Shown: positions 26,130 through 40,100 of the stretch, one piece after another
Position numbering within the stretch: position 1 is the stretch's first letter
How the letters are laid out: each line of letters starts with the position of its first letter
Source of the DNA: Owenia fusiformis
Taxonomy: Eukaryota
Reading direction: 5' to 3'
Length of the DNA stretch: 64,000 bases
Assembly: GCA_903813345.2 (NCBI GenBank)
Contig: CAIIXF020000001.1
Coordinates: 33,790,001-33,854,000 of the forward strand
Program-made: the position numbers and the translations under genes
The notes under the pieces: model-generated
Told to the model about the DNA's origin: nothing
The model's input: the letters and a program-made list of their open reading frames with translations, nothing else
The model's database searches: none

Positions 26130-27635
26130 TTTATCCCATCGAACGAAGTTCGGAGGGATATAGGGAACGCCTCCGTCCGTCCGTACGTACGTCCGTACGT
26201 ACGTCTGTCCGTCCGTCCGTCTGTCCGTCCGTCCGGGCAATAACTCAAATACCGTTGGCCCCATTTTGTTCATATTTTGTACACATATACCCTATGGGGG
26301 TAGAAGTTCTGCTCGAAAGCCGATTTTCAAAATGGCCGCTCATTTCAAAATGGCGGCCATTTTAGTGCCGATTTTACAGTAATTTAGGTGTAATATGTAA
26401 AACTGTAATAGCAATATGTTTTAAATGTAAAAAAATTATATAGGACATTAATAATGCTACAAATGTAGATATAAAAGAAGCACATGGCAGCCATCTTGAA
26501 AAATGGCGGCCTTTACTCGTCATTTTCATTTTTTTTGCTATAACTCAAAAAATAGTGGAGCGATTTTGTTCATATTTGGTATGTGATTACTATAAGCATT
26601 GCACACTGTCTAAAGACACTTTTGGTAGAAGGCGGACATTTTGAAAAATGGCCGCCATTTTAACGTATTTTACTATAACTCGAAAAGAAGTGGAGCGATT
26701 TTGTTCATATTTGGTATGTGAATACTATAAGCATAGCACACTGTCCTATGACACTTTTGGTAGAAGGCGGCCATTTTGAAAAAAATTTTGAAAAATGGCC
26801 TCCATTTTAGGGGCGGGGTCAAAATATCAATGTTCATATGGAGACGAAAGTAATTTCGTTTGGACAACAACCCCCCCACCCCCCCTCTAGACGAAAGCTT
26901 AGGTCACTTCAAAAAAACATTGATTTTCAGGCATAATCGTATCCTATTTGCCGGGTTATTATTACGGTGAATTAACACACGTTCGCAATTTAACTGCATT
27001 GAACTCTTCAAAAGGAGGAGGGAAAAGTACGGAATTTATTTGAAAAATGATCGAATTATCGTCTTTATCTACCGATATTTTGGACCTATCACACAAAAAA
27101 GCTCACGAACTATTGAAAACAAGCCTTTTTATCAGAACATAGCGCCAGAAAAAGTGGGTAAGTCCAATTATTTTTTGTATATCAGATCCGAATTATCGAT
27201 GTCTTTTTGGTCAATGAAAGTGCCCAAAAACCCCCTCCCCCCTCGCGAAAGTACTTTCGTCTCCATATGAACATCGATATTTTGACCCCGCCCCTTAATG
27301 TATTTTACTATAACTCGAAAAGTAGTGGAGTGATTTTGTTCATATTTAATATGTGAATACTTTAAGCATGGCACATTGTCTAATAAAACTTTGGGGAGTA
27401 GTCGGCCATCTTGAAAAATGGCCACCATTTTTATGTGTGTTATTTTACAAGTACGTGTGCGATTTTTCAAAAATTTTAGAGGTGGCTACTTAAAAGCATA
27501 TTATTTCTTCTGATGACAACTTGGCTAGTGAGCAACCATTTTGAAAATGGTGGCCTTTCTGGTGTGTTGTTTTTTGATATTTGCTATTCGTTTGAAAAAA
27601 TGTCGCTACGCTTTGGCGTTGCCGTTGTTCTGGTT
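26130..27635 (+). mobile_element. HINE family A copy inside the CACTA element
   Basis: TTATCCCATCGAACGAAGTTCGGAGGGATA, (CCGT)n, tandem monomers, 3' hairpin GCTACGCTTTGGCGTTGC; same family as 47568-48867. Confidence 0.82.
26810..27294. mobile_element. PIF/Harbinger (Tourist-like) MITE, TTA TSD
   Basis: TTA|GGGGCGGGGTCAAAATATC...GATATTTTGACCCCGCCCC|TTA, ~40-bp TIR. Confidence 0.88.
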
Positions 27636-27991
27636 TTGTACTGAAAAATGCACTGAATTTTTTCAGTATATTTTTCAGTACAAATTCATGTACTGAAAAA
27701 TATACTGAATTTTAAGTACAAATTTAAGTATAAATAGTACTATGTACTGAAAAATGTACTGAATTTTAAGGACAAACTGAAAAATGCACTGAAAATTTAA
27801 GGATAAGTTTAAGTACAAATATATACTGAAAAATGTACTGAAATTTAAGTGCAAAAGTCAGTATAAAAATGTACTGAAAAATATACTGAAATTTAAGGAT
27901 AATTTTAAGTATAAATATATGCAATGATAAATATTTGTGCCCAATAATGGAAATAAGAGAAAACGTAAATGTAAGGCATACTTTATAAACT

Positions 27992-28710
27992 CTAAATCAC
28001 TCAAAAAGTTCTTAGAATGGTGAAAAGTGCATGATTTTAAAAGAATTTTTGGCCGGGGTGGGGGGGTGGGGGGGTTCGCTTGGACCCCTGGAACCCCCCC
28101 AACAGGAATGCTATTACATTATGAAATTGTTTTGGATGCTTCCTTTACAGCAGCCTTTAACCAAACTTACAAGAGTCTTTCTGTAATCAGGTTTGTTTTG
28201 CCTTGTCAAAATATTTTGTTTTGTCAGTGGATTAATAAAGTTTCTTTAGACACATCCTTTAAAGCAGACTCTAATCAAACAGGAGAGGCTAGGTTTACTG
28301 TAATCAAGTGATTTCCTTTTTAGAAGTTATGTTTATGGATTTATTAAAAACGGCCTAAATCACTCAAAAAGTTCTTAGAATGGTGAAAAAGTCCATGATT
28401 TTAAAAGAATTTTTGGCCGGGGGGGGGGGGGGGGGGGTTCGCTTGGACCCCTGAACCCCCCCCCCCCCCCCAGGAATGCTATTACATTATGAAATTATTT
28501 TGGATGCTTCCTTTACAGCAGACTTTAACCAAACTTAAAAGAGTCTCTCTGTAATCAGGTTTGTTTTGCCTTGTCAAAATATTTTGTTTTGTTAATGGAT
28601 TAATAAAGTTTCTTTAGACACATCCTTGAAAGCAGACTCTAATCAAACTGGAGAGGCTAGGTTTACTGTAATCAAGTGTTTTCCTTTTAATAAGTTATGT
28701 TTTTGGATTT
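27992..28710 (+). repeat. Recent tandem duplication, ~363-bp period
   Basis: CTAAATCACTCAAAAAGTTCTTAGAATGG at 27992 and 28355; each copy has a G-run/C-run hairpin. Confidence 0.85.
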
Positions 28711-29911
28711 AATTATTTAAGATGTATCCTGTAATAATATCTGATTGCATTTTCTCCATCAATAAATTTCTTTTTAGCCCGATCAAACCTTTCAAATATA
28801 ATGCATATATAAGGGTTATGTACTGGGAGGTTTTGGATACCCATATTTCCTGAGGGATAACCCTTTATTTAAAACTGATCGTACATAACATGTGTATTCC
28901 ATACCTTTTGAGGTTTCTAGATACATTCTACCTTATTAATTAAGTTCTAAAATTCAAAAACATTAAAGGTACACATTTTCTCAGTCTTAAAAATAAGTTT
29001 TTCATGAGATTTTCACTCATATTGCTTGAGAAAATTAATTAATTGATATCAAAATTAAAATATATAACATGAACATAGAACCTCATTTGTTCGAGTATAG
29101 CAAAATCCATGGTATAGATGTCAAAGTCAGGAAGATGTCGTAATTCAAAATCTAAGTATATTTTTCAGTATAAAGGACGATTCTCGGTTTGGAGAACGAA
29201 GTTCATCAATCTTAATGAGCATTATCCCTGCTTCAGACAAATTTGATTTTTTTTACATAATATAGATTTGAATGTCTTCTTTTGAATAGTCATAATTTAA
29301 TTTGGGTAATATTTCTAGATTTTTCGCAAAAAAATATTAGCGCAGTACACTGATGAACTTCTTTCCCCAAATCGAGACTTGTATTTTATTGAATAGGTCT
29401 AATTGAACGTTATCCCTGCTTCAGACCAATTTGTTAATTTTACATCTTGTAGATTTAAATGTCCTCTTTTGAATATTCATAGTTTAATTTGGGTAATATT
29501 TCTATATTTTTCATGAAAAAAATTATTAGCCCAGGAGACTGTTCTCCAAACCGAGAATCGTCCTTTACACTTAAATATGCCCTTAAATTTCAGTATATTT
29601 TTCAGTACATATTTGCACTTAAAATCACACTTAAATTTCAGTATATTTTTAAGTACATTTTTGCACTTAAAATTCAGTATATTTTTCAGTATAAATATAT
29701 ACTGAAAAATGTACTTAAAATTTCAGTACATTTTTCAGTATATAATTATACTGAAATTTGCACTGAAATTTTAAGCATATTTTTCAGTACATATTTATAC
29801 TGAAAATATACTTAAAAATTCAGTACATTTTTCAGTACATATTTGTACTGAAAATGCTCCTTTCAGTACAAATGCTCTGCCCTAGTGAATATTATTCCTA
29901 TATCAATCTCC

Positions 29912-32900
29912 TGTTACTTACTTGCTTGCTCGCTTCCTCCCTTCCTTGCTTCTTCGCTTCCTTCCTTCCTTGCTTCCTTCCTCGCTTCCTCACATCCTTC
30001 CTTCCTCGCTTCCTTCCATCCTTGCTTCCTTCCTTCCTCGCTTCCTTCCTTCTTTGCTTCCTTGCTTCATTCCTTCCTTGCTTCCTCACTTCATTCCTAG
30101 CTTCCTCCATCACTTCCCTCCTTTCTTTCTTGCTTCCTTCCTTGCTTCCCTCCTCCCTTGCTTCCTCGCTTCCTTCCTTCCTCGCTTCCTTCCTTCCTCG
30201 CTTCGATCCTTCCTCGCTTCCTCGCATTCTTGCATCCTTCCTTCTACGCTTCCTTCCTTCCATCCTTGCTTCCTTCCTTTCTTGCATCCTCCCTTCCTTG
30301 CTTCCTCCCTTCCTTGCTTCCTCACTTCCTTCCTTCTTTGCTTCCATGCATCCTTCCTTCCTCGCTTCGCTCCTTCCTTGCTTCCTTCCTTTCTTCCTCG
30401 CTTACTTCCTTCCTCGCATCCTTCCTTCCTTGCTTCCTCCTTTCCTTGCTTCCTCGCTTCCTTGCTTCCTCGCTTCCTTGCTTCCTCGCTTCCTTCCTTC
30501 TTCCTTGCTTCTTTCCTTCCTCGCTTCCTTCCTTCCTTTCTTCCTTGCCTCTTCTTTTCTTGCTTCCTTCCTTCTTTGCTTCATTCCTTCCTCGCATCTT
30601 TCCTTCCTCGCTTGCTTCCCACCTTGCTTTCTCGCTTCCTTCCTTCCTCGCTTCCTTCCTTCCTCGCTTCCTTCCTTCCTCGCTTCTCCATCTGTCTGTC
30701 CGTCCGTCCGTCTCTCTGTCCGTCAACAATAGTGGCACGTTTTAAAACCTCTGTCGATAGGATTCCTGTTTTAAGTTATTTCTGTTCAACATCAATACAG
30801 AAAACCCCCCTATGACTCCTGGTTCAAAAGCTCGACTATTTTCAAAATGGCCGTCACTTTTGTCTCGCGAAATTCACTTTTAGCCCATTTCCTAGCTAAC
30901 CTCTGTCGATAGGATTCCTGTTTTAAGTTATTTCTGTTCAACATCAATACAGAAAACCCCCCTATGACTCCTGGTTCAAAAGCTCGCCTATTTTCAAAAT
31001 GGCCGTCACTTTTGTCTCGCGAAATTCACTTTTGTCCCATTTCCTAGCTTTACAAATAATTTCAGGTGTCCTACATTGTAAAAATCCATGTCAATGTAAA
31101 GATTAGATATATGAAATAAATTCTGTTACAAAAAATCAGCGAAAAATTGTATCCATTTTTTTATTTTCAGTCATTTTAGTTAACATTGATTTGTCTATCT
31201 GACTCGCGAAATCCACTTTCTGTCAATAACAGTGGCACGTTTTAAAACCTCTGTCGATAGGATTCCTGTTTTAAGTTATTTCTGTTCAACATGAATTCAG
31301 AAAACTCCCCTATGACTCCTGGTTCAAAAGCTCGCCTATTTTCCAAATGGCCGCCATTTTTGTCTCGCGAAATTCACTTTTGACCCATTTCCTAGCTTTA
31401 CAAATAATTTCAAGTGTCCTACATTGTAGAAATCCATTGCAAAGTAAAGAGTAGATGTATGAAATAATTTTGTTACGAAAAATCAGCGAAAAATTATATC
31501 CATTTATTTATTTTCAGCCATTTTAGTTAACATTGATTTGTCCATCTGTCTCGCAAAATTCACTTTTGGACCATTTACCTTAAACCCTCTGTCGATAGGA
31601 TTCCCATTTTAAGTTATTTTTGTTCAACATCGTTACAAAAAACTCTCCTATGACTCTTGGTTCAAAAGCTCGGCTATTTTCAAAATGGCCGTCACTTTTG
31701 TCTCGCGAAATTCACTTTTGACCCATTTCCTAGCTTTACAAATAATTTCAGGTGTCCTACATTGTAAAAATCCATGTCAATGTAAAGGGTAGATATATGA
31801 AATAATTTTGTTACAAAAAATCAGCGAAAAATTGTATCCATTTTTTTATTTTCAGCCATTTTAGTTAACATTGATTTGTCTATCTGACTCGCAAAATCCA
31901 CTTTCTGTGGCACGTTTGAAAACCTCTGTCGATAGGATTCCTGTTTTAAGTTATTTCTGTTCAACATCAATTCAGAAAACTCCCCTATGACTCCTGGTTC
32001 AAAAGCTCGCCTATTTTCAAAATGGCCGCCATTTTTGTCTCGTGAAATTCACTTTTGACCCATTTCCTAGCTTTACAAATAATTTCAAGTGTCCTTCATT
32101 GTAAAAATCCATGTCAATGTAAAGAGTAGATGTATGAAATAATTTTGTTATGAAAAATCAGCGAAAAATTATATCCATTTATTTATTTTCAGCCATTTTA
32201 GTTAACATTGATTTGTCCATCTGTCTCGCAAAATCCACTGTTGGACCATTTACCTTAAACCCTCTGTCGATAGGATTCCCATTTTAAGTTAATTTTGTTC
32301 AACATCAATACAAAAAACTCTCCTATGACTCTTGGTTCAAAAGCTCGCCTATTTTCAAAATGGTTGTCTCGGAAATCCTCTTTTGGACCATTTGCTTAAA
32401 CCTCTGTCGATAGGATTCCAGTTTCAAGTTATCTTTGTTCAACATCAATACAAAAAACTCCCCTATGACTCCTGGTTCAAAAGCTTGCCTGATTTCAAAA
32501 TGGTCACCATTTTTGTCTCGCGAAATTCAATTTTGGCCCATTTCCTAGCTTTACAAATAATTTCAGGTGTCTTGCATTGCAAAAAGCCATGTCACTGTAA
32601 AGAGTAGTTGTATGAAATAATTTTGTTACAAATTATTGGCAAAAAATGATATCCGTTTTTTTCAGCCATTTTAATTGACTGATAGACAGATGGCTTGAAA
32701 TAATTTTGTAACAAAAAATCAGCAAAAAATTATATCCGTTTTTTTCAGTCACCATGTGAGCCCAGTACCCATGGTACTAATTTTTTCCTCCTTCCTTGCA
32801 TCCTCGATTCCTTCGTTTTTTCCTCACGTCCTTCCTTTTTCGCTTCATTCCTTCCTCGCTTCCTCCCTCGCTTCCTTTTCTCCTCCTTCTTTGCTTCCTC

Positions 32901-34530
32901 GCTTTCTTCTTTCCTTGCTTCCTCGATTCCTTCCTTCCTCACTTGCATCCTCCCTTCCTTGCTTCCTCCCTTCCTCACTTCCTTCTTACCTCCTTCCTTG
33001 CTTCCTCATTTCCTTCATTCTTTCCTCGCGTTGCTCTTTTGTCGCTTCATTCCCTCCTTCCCTCCTTGCTTTCTCGCCTTCTTCCTTCTTTCCTTACTTA
33101 CTTCCCTCCTTGCGTTTTTCCTTCCTTCCTTTCTTGCGTCTTTGCTTGCTTCCTGCCTCGCTTGATTCATCGTTTCCTTCCTTCTTTGCTTCCTGGCTTT
33201 CTTTCTTCCTCGTTCCCTTCCTTGCTTCCTTTCTTGCTTCCTCAGTTCCTTCCCTCCTTGCATTGTTCCTTCCTTGTTCCTTCGCTTCCGTCCTTTCTTT
33301 CTCCCTCAGTATCTTCCTTCCTTGCTTCCTCACTTTCTTCCCTCCTCCCTTTCTCGTTTCCTTGCTTCCTTCCTTGTGTCCTTCCTTCTCTCTTTGCTTC
33401 CTCGCATCCTTCCTTCCTCGCAATCTTTCCTTCCTCACTTGCATCCTCGCTTCCTTCCTTCCTCGCTTCATTCCTTCCTTGCTTCCTCGCTTCCTTCTTT
33501 CCTCATTTCCCTCTTTCCTTCCTTGCTTTTTTCATCCTCGATCCCCTCTTTCCCCCTTCTTTGCTTCCTCGCTTCCTTTACAAATTTCTTCCTCACTTCC
33601 TTTCTTCCTTCCTTCATTGCTTCATTCCCTCCTTCCATGCTTTCTTTCTTGCTTCCTCGCTTTCTTCTTTCCTTACTTCCTCGCTTCCTTCCTTCCTCAC
33701 TTCCCTCCTTCTTTGCTTCCATCCTTCCTCGCTTCCTTCTTTCCCCATTCCTTGCTTCCTCGCTTCTTTTGTTTTTTTCCTCGCGTCCTTCCTTTCTCGC
33801 TCCATTCCTTTCTTGCTTCCTGGCTTCCATCTTTTCCTCCTTCCTTGCTTCCTCGCTTCCTTCTTTCCTTTGTTTCATCGCTTCCTTCCTTCCTCACTTC
33901 CCTCCTTCCTTCCTCACTTCCCTCCTTCCTTCCTCGCTTCCTTCCTTCTTCCTTTCCTCCTTCCTTGCTTCCTCGTTTCCTTCATTCTTTCCTCGTGTCC
34001 TTCCCTCGTGTCCTTCTTTTCTTGCTTCATTTCTTCCTTGCTTTCTTGCTTCCTTGCATTCTCGCCTTCTTCCTTCCTTCCTTACTTACTTCCTTGCTTT
34101 TTTCCTTCCTTTCTTTGCGTCTTTGCTTGCTTCCTTCCTTCCTTCCTTGCTTCCTCGTTTCCTTCCTTCTTTGCTTCCTGGCTTCCTTTCTTCCTCGCTT
34201 CCTTACTTGCTAGCTTCCCTGCTTCATTCTTTACTCGCATTGTTCCTTCCTTGCTCCCTCGGTTCCTTCCTTCCTTTCTTCCTCAGTTGCTTCCTTGCTT
34301 GCTTCCTCGCTTTCTTCCCTCCTCGCTTTCTCGTTTCCTTCCTTCCTTCATTGCTTCATTGGTTTTTTCCTTCCCTCCTTCCTTCCTTTTTTCCTTCCTT
34401 GCTTACTTATATTACTCCCACCTTCACTTCCTCGATTTACTTCCTCCATTCCTTCTTTACTTGCTTGCTTACTCAATTACTTACATTGTTGCTTGTTTAC
34501 TTCCGCACGTCCCTGCTTGCTTTCTTGATT
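29912..34530 (+). repeat. Long degenerate (CTTC/CTTG/CTCG)n polypyrimidine tract, interrupted by a HINE
   Basis: Almost A-free, roughly 4-periodic sequence at 29912-30690 and 32786-34530. Confidence 0.95.
30690..32785 (+). mobile_element. HINE family B copy (5' end lost), ~340-bp monomers
   Basis: (GTCC/GTCT)n, repeated CCTCTGTCGATAGGATTCC units, 3' end CACCATGTGAGCCCAGTACCCATGGTACT as in 37225-38768. Confidence 0.82.
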
Positions 34531-34579
34531 ATTTACATTCTTTCATATGGCAGTGGATAGACAAATTTTGATGAAAACC

Positions 34580-34885
34580 TGCAAACGAACAAACGAAGGA
34601 GGAAAGAATGCACGGATGGACAGAACCCATGAAGAGCAGTCAGACGAAAGCAAGCACAAACGGACGGTCAGACGAACGCATGCGCACACAAACGGACGGA
34701 CAATCGCAATAACGGATGCACGCACGAACGAACGAATGGACGGTCGGACAAACGCTGCCATGAACGCATGGTTGGGCGATGCACGCACGAACGAACAATC
34801 GGTCGGACGGACGAACCAACGCCTAGACGGACGAACCCATGAAGGGCAGTCAGACGAAAGCACGGTCAGACGAACGCACGCACGT
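34580..34885. repeat. Degenerate (ACGN)n microsatellite-like tract
   Basis: GACGAACGCACG, GACGGACGAAC motifs directly following the pyrimidine tract. Confidence 0.75.
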
Positions 34886-35056
34886 TCCTCGGAATAGTGA
34901 ATTATGTAGAATGTACATTTAACTCCGAAATGTACAAAGTCTATTTACATATAAAAATTTGATCATGCCGCTGACAGATGGATTAGACTGCCTGAAGTTG
35001 AAGAAAAAATATTTGTGATGTTGCCATAGAATGATATGTTATGTGATTGTCATTAA

Positions 35057-36870
35057 TTTTTTTTTTTTTTTTTATTCAGTTTAACTTTTAACATATGTAC
35101 AAATACATGAATAATACAGTTCAAGCAACAATAGTCAATAATAAGTCTCTGAACATTGAGATCTTGTTTTCATGGATTTTTATATTCCCCAGTACAATGT
35201 CCTGCCATCTGATATGAAGTTTTAGTATTTTTTCAATTTTCTCCCATATTGGTTTTATTAATTCACAGTCAAATAGCAAATGTTTCATATCTTGCGTCTC
35301 TCTACATTTCATACAATTTCTATTTACACCTACATGCCAATAACCCAGATGCGAGTAGAAATAATCTTGATTTACGTCATTAAAAATTCAAAATTCAGTC
35401 AAAGTGATGTCATATTTGAAATCTGCATGTAAAAGTACATCTAAAAATATGGTTTCGAAAATTGTTTATCAACTTTGAAAATTTAATTTTTTTGAAAATG
35501 TGACTTCTTGTTCGGGTTGATTCCCCATAGACCCCATGATACAAAATCACAAAAAGTGAAATATCTTTTCTTGTATTGGATAGATAACATTTTCTTTTAC
35601 TAGACATATTTCAGTTTGCATAACTATTAGATACATAAGGGTTATATGAAAATTGAATCATTAAAACAGATGTGATTTAAGTTTAAGGGAACTTTCTCCT
35701 ATACCCGCCATGCTATCTGACCCGAACGAGCCACCTGGTGGTAAATCTGGTAACTACCTACTCGCATCTGCGTTATTGGAAACCATTTTGCCACAAGCAA
35801 TGGTATTGTGCAGAAGTTTAAAGTTAAATTGAGCAAGAATTTTATAAGACACATTATTTATCTTCCTCTCACAAACTCGCTTAAACAGACTATTTCTATG
35901 CTCCAACTTAAAACTTCTGCACCAGTAATTCTCAGCAATTGACCGTTCTACATTTTCTTCAATTATATGTTTATATACAATCTTCGTACTTACTGTATTT
36001 ATATGCCTAAATCCATCTTTAAAGAGAACATATTCACTATCTTTTATATTAATGTAATTTCCATAAGTGGTATCTAAGCCTTTTGTAAATACAGTCAAAC
36101 ATTTTTTTAATGTAAGCCATTCCACCATCCAGTTTTGAGCTCGATGCTTCAATTATTCAATAATAATTTTCTCCTTTTTAAAAACACCATGCCTGTCAAA
36201 GAAGTTCTTGACATACATAAACCCAGATTTAATCCAGCTTTTGTAATATAACATGCTATTTTTGCTTTTTACATTTTCATTTAGCCATATGACTTCTCCC
36301 ATGTGATATTTACCTTTTGTATTGTTTTGTTTACATTTATTAAAGGCAATGAAAGCTTCTTTGTAAAATTCTGGCAATTTTATGTCAATTTTACTTGTGA
36401 AAGTGGTCTTCAAGAATTGTTTTACAGTAAATCCTAAGTTGTTAATATAATGTTCAATAATGAGATTCCAAGACGATTTATTATGCAAAAGTCTTTTAAT
36501 CCAAGACCCTCGTATAGCTTTTATCTTATTTATAGTATCAATATCTACTAGATTAAGTCCCCCATTTTTAATGTCATTAATTACCATTTTTCTTTTAACA
36601 GCTTCTCTTTTCCATAAAAATTTGAAAATTGCTGTCTGAATTTTCTTTTTAATATCTAAAGGCATTGTAAGCACTGTCATATTATATATAATTGAGAGAT
36701 ACCCAATGAGTTAATGACTTGTACTTTGCCAATATAGTTAAATTTCTTTTTTTCCAACGTTCTAACGTGTTTTCAAAATACCTGACTTTAGTTTCCCAAT
36801 CATATCATATCTAACTATATTTTGGGGGATTCTAGAGATATATACAAACTATTTGTCCAAATCTCTTGAA
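35057..36870 (-). pseudogene. 5'-truncated L1/Tx1-clade non-LTR retrotransposon ORF2 remnant with poly(A)
   Basis: IFKFLWK, GGLNLVD, LPEFYKE, FNFKLLH, CMKC...KHLLFDC motifs; stops and frameshifts; T run at 35057-35073. Confidence 0.88.
35342..35774. mobile_element. MITE inserted in the Tx1 ORF, apparent AT TSD
   Basis: TIR AACCCAGATGCGAGTAG / CTACTCGCATCTGCGTT; the host frame GKMVS-N-WHVGVNRNC is restored if a 2-bp AT duplication is assumed. Confidence 0.75.
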
Positions 36871-37224
36871 ATAAAACGAGATACCGCACATTTTGCAGTG
36901 TTTTCATGTCATATTTTTGACATATTTTCAAAATACATTCCTCAAAAAACAACAATTTCAAATGCAAATGATCAACCTTGGATGAACTCAAAAATTAAAC
37001 TCGACATCAATAAGAAAGAACGACTTTATCGGAAAACCAAATAAAAAAATGACCCAACTATTTTTGACAACTAGACTGCTCAAGCTGAAAGCTGGAAGGG
37101 GGGGCTAAATTGATGCGTGATTTCTATTTTTCCAGCAAATGCTTGACAATCACGCCTAATGCGTGAGGGTTGACAGGGCAGCATAGCTACAACTGAGGGT
37201 GAAAAAGCTGAAAGTTTCCTTAAC

Positions 37225-38768
37225 TTTTTAGCTCACATGGTGAGCTTTTGCAATCACTCACTTGTCTGTCTGTCTGTCCGTCCGTCCGTCCGTCCGTCCG
37301 TCTGTCCGTCCGTCAACAATAGTGGCCAGTTTTAAAACCTCTGTCGATAGGATTCCTGTTTTAAGTTATTTCTGTTCAACATCAATATAGAAAACTCCCC
37401 TATGACTCCTGGTTCAAAAGCTCGCCTATTTTCAAAATGGCCACCACTTTTTGTCTCACGAAGTTCACTTTTGACCCATTTCCTAGCTTTACAAATAATT
37501 TCAGGTGTCCTACATTGTAAAACTCCATGTCAATGTAAAGAGTAGATATATGAAATAATTTTGTTACAAAAAATCAGCGAAAAATTATATCTATTTTTTT
37601 ATTTTCAGCCATTTTAGTTAACATTGATTTGTCTATCTGACTCGCGAAATCCACTTTCCATCAATAACAGTGACACGTTTTAAAACCTCTGTCGATAGGA
37701 TTCCTGTTTTAAGTTATTTCTGTTCAACATCAATACAGAAAACTCCCCTATGACTCCTGGTTCAAAAGCTCACCTATTTTCAAAATGGCCGCCACTTTTG
37801 TATCACAAAATTCACTTTTGATCCATTTCCTAGCTTTACAAATAATTTCAGGTGTCCTACATTGTAAAAATCCATGTCAATGTAAAGAGTAGATATATGA
37901 AATAATTTTGTTACAAAAAATCAGCGAAAAATTATATCCATTTTTTTTATTTTCAGCCATTTTAGTTAACTTTGATTTGTCCATCTGTCTTGCAAAATCC
38001 ACTTTTGGACCATTTGCCTTAAACCCTCTGTCGATAGGATTCCCGTTTTGAGTTAATTTTGTTCAACATCAGTACAAAAAACTCTTCTATGACTCTTGGT
38101 TCAAAAGCTCTCCTATTTTCAACTGGTCGACATTCTTGTCTCGCCAAATTCACTTTTTGCCCATTTCTAAGCTTTACAAATAATTTCAGCTGTCCTGCAT
38201 TGTAAAAAGCCATGTCACTGTAAAGAGTAGTTGCATGAAATAATTTTGTTACAAAAAACCTGCAAAATAATATATCTGTTTTTTTATTTTCAGCCATTTT
38301 AGTTAACATTGATTTGTCCATCTGTTTCCCGAAATCCTCTTTTGGACCATTTGCTTAAAACCGTTGATAGGATTCCAGTTTCAAGTTATTTTGTTCAACA
38401 TCAATACAGAAAACTCCCCTATGACTCCTGGTTCAAAAGCTTGCCTGATTTCAAAATGGTCGCCATTTTTGTCTCGCAAAATTCAATTTTGGCCCCCATT
38501 TCCTAGCTGTACAAATAATTTCAGGTGTCTTGCATTGCAAAAAGCCATTTCACTGTAAAGGGTAGTTGTATGAAATAATTGGCAAAAAATTATATCCGTT
38601 TTTTTTCAGCCATTTTAATTAACATCGATTTATCCATCTGTCTCTCAGTCAGTCCAAAATAGTGGCAAGTGGCTTGAAATAATTTTGTTACAAAAAATCA
38701 GCAAAAAATTATATCCGTTTTTGTTTTTTTTCTGTCACCATGTGAGCCCAGTACCCACGGTACTAATT
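37225..38768 (+). mobile_element. HINE family B, complete
   Basis: 5' TTTTAGCTCACATGGTGAGC, (GTCC)n, ~4 monomers of ~340 bp, 3' CACCATGTGAGC plus hairpin AGTACCCACGGTACT; inserted in a T run of the LINE (KAESFLNFF/SSKY). Confidence 0.88.
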
Positions 38769-39523
38769 TTTTCTTCAAAATATCATAATTTAAACCAAGT
38801 GGATAACGATGCACTTCCACATTTTCCAAATAGAACTGGAACATCAATTGACCATTTATCTACCAATCCAGATGAAATTCTTCAAATAATCCAGTCCTTT
38901 GATCGTGATAAAGCCTGTGGTCTTGACAAAATTAATAAAAGAATGACAAAATAGCCAAGGAAGTATTATCCTTCCAGTTAACAAAATTGTTTAACATGAT
39001 TTTTGCATGTGGCCAATTTCCTAGTTGCTGGAAACTTGGAAACATTTCTCCAATTTATAAGAAGTCTGATAGATCACAAGTTGAGAATTATAGACCGATT
39101 ACTTTGCTAAGCACTTTTTCCAAAACTTTTGAAAAAGTTGTGCATAATCGCATTTTAACGCATTTACTTGAAAATAACCTTCATTATCAATTTTACAATC
39201 TGGATTTTTTCCAGGACACAACACTGAGCTACAACTTTTAGCAATAACTGACTATATCTTTAACGAAAATGAAAAAGGGAACTGTGTTAATTCTGTTTAT
39301 TTAGACGTGGCGTCTGCTTTTGATACTGTACCTCATAACTTGCTCATTCACAAGATGAAATCATATGGAATTCAAGGTAAATTAGCTGACTTCTGCACTT
39401 CTTGCTTAGAAAATCGAAAAGTCTGTGTCACTGTAGATGATCACACATCAAACTTTTCTCCTGACCACTTCATAAACTCTTGTGTGCCTCAGGGGTCCAT
39501 AATCGGACCCCTGATGTTTCTGA

Positions 39524-40100
39524 TAGAGGTGTCAAGTATTAACCGGTTAACCGCCGATAATGCCTTGACCGGTCTGAGTTTTTATGGGCGGTTAGTTGAC
39601 CGTGTATAATTCTGTTATTTCCCGCGCTTATTTTGCATGCTAATCCGTTTGGTTTTATGGAGTCAGTTTCACGTAAGCTACTCATACATGTCATAAGTCC
39701 CATAACTCCTTACAAACATCCAATCAGCAACTTTAATCCCTGCCACATTGCTTTCCCGCGCTTACTTTGCATTTTAATCTGTTTGTTTTTTAAGCGTCAG
39801 TTTCATGTGAGCTACTCATACATGTGATAGGTCCGATAATTCCTTACAAACATCCATTCAGCAACTTTAATCCCTGCCACATTGCTTTCCCGCACTTACT
39901 TACAGAGAATAGCGTAAAGCTTGACGAACGTAAAAAATAAACGCCGATATATCATTTTTCCAATTTTTTCAACTTTCAAGATCGAAGATGAAGATTTCAT
40001 TTGAAATTATAAGTTCAAATTTCCCGCCCGTTAACCGACTTTAACCGGTAAAAACCCCCGGTTAACCGGTTAATGCTCAAGCGGTTAATTGACACCACTA
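39524..40100. mobile_element. hAT MITE, 8-bp TSD
   Basis: GTTTCTGA|TAGAGGTGTCAA...TTGACACCACTA|GTTTCTGA; subterminal AACCGGTT motifs; splits RT motif GPLMFL/IYIND. Confidence 0.92.

Larger units (their letters stand above)
26035..29887. mobile_element. Non-autonomous CACTA/EnSpm element, 3-bp TSD
   Basis: AAT|CACTAGGGCAGAGCATTTGTACTGAAAGGAGC...GCTCCTTTCAGTACAAATGCTCTGCCCTAGTG|AAT; dense subterminal TACTGAAA/TTTCAGTA motifs. Confidence 0.92.

Noticed and set aside
29854..34897. Long ORFs of 292-591 aa rich in L/P/S/F or R/K/E/G
   Set aside because: Open in several frames and on both strands because the A-poor simple repeat lacks stop codons; no domain signal
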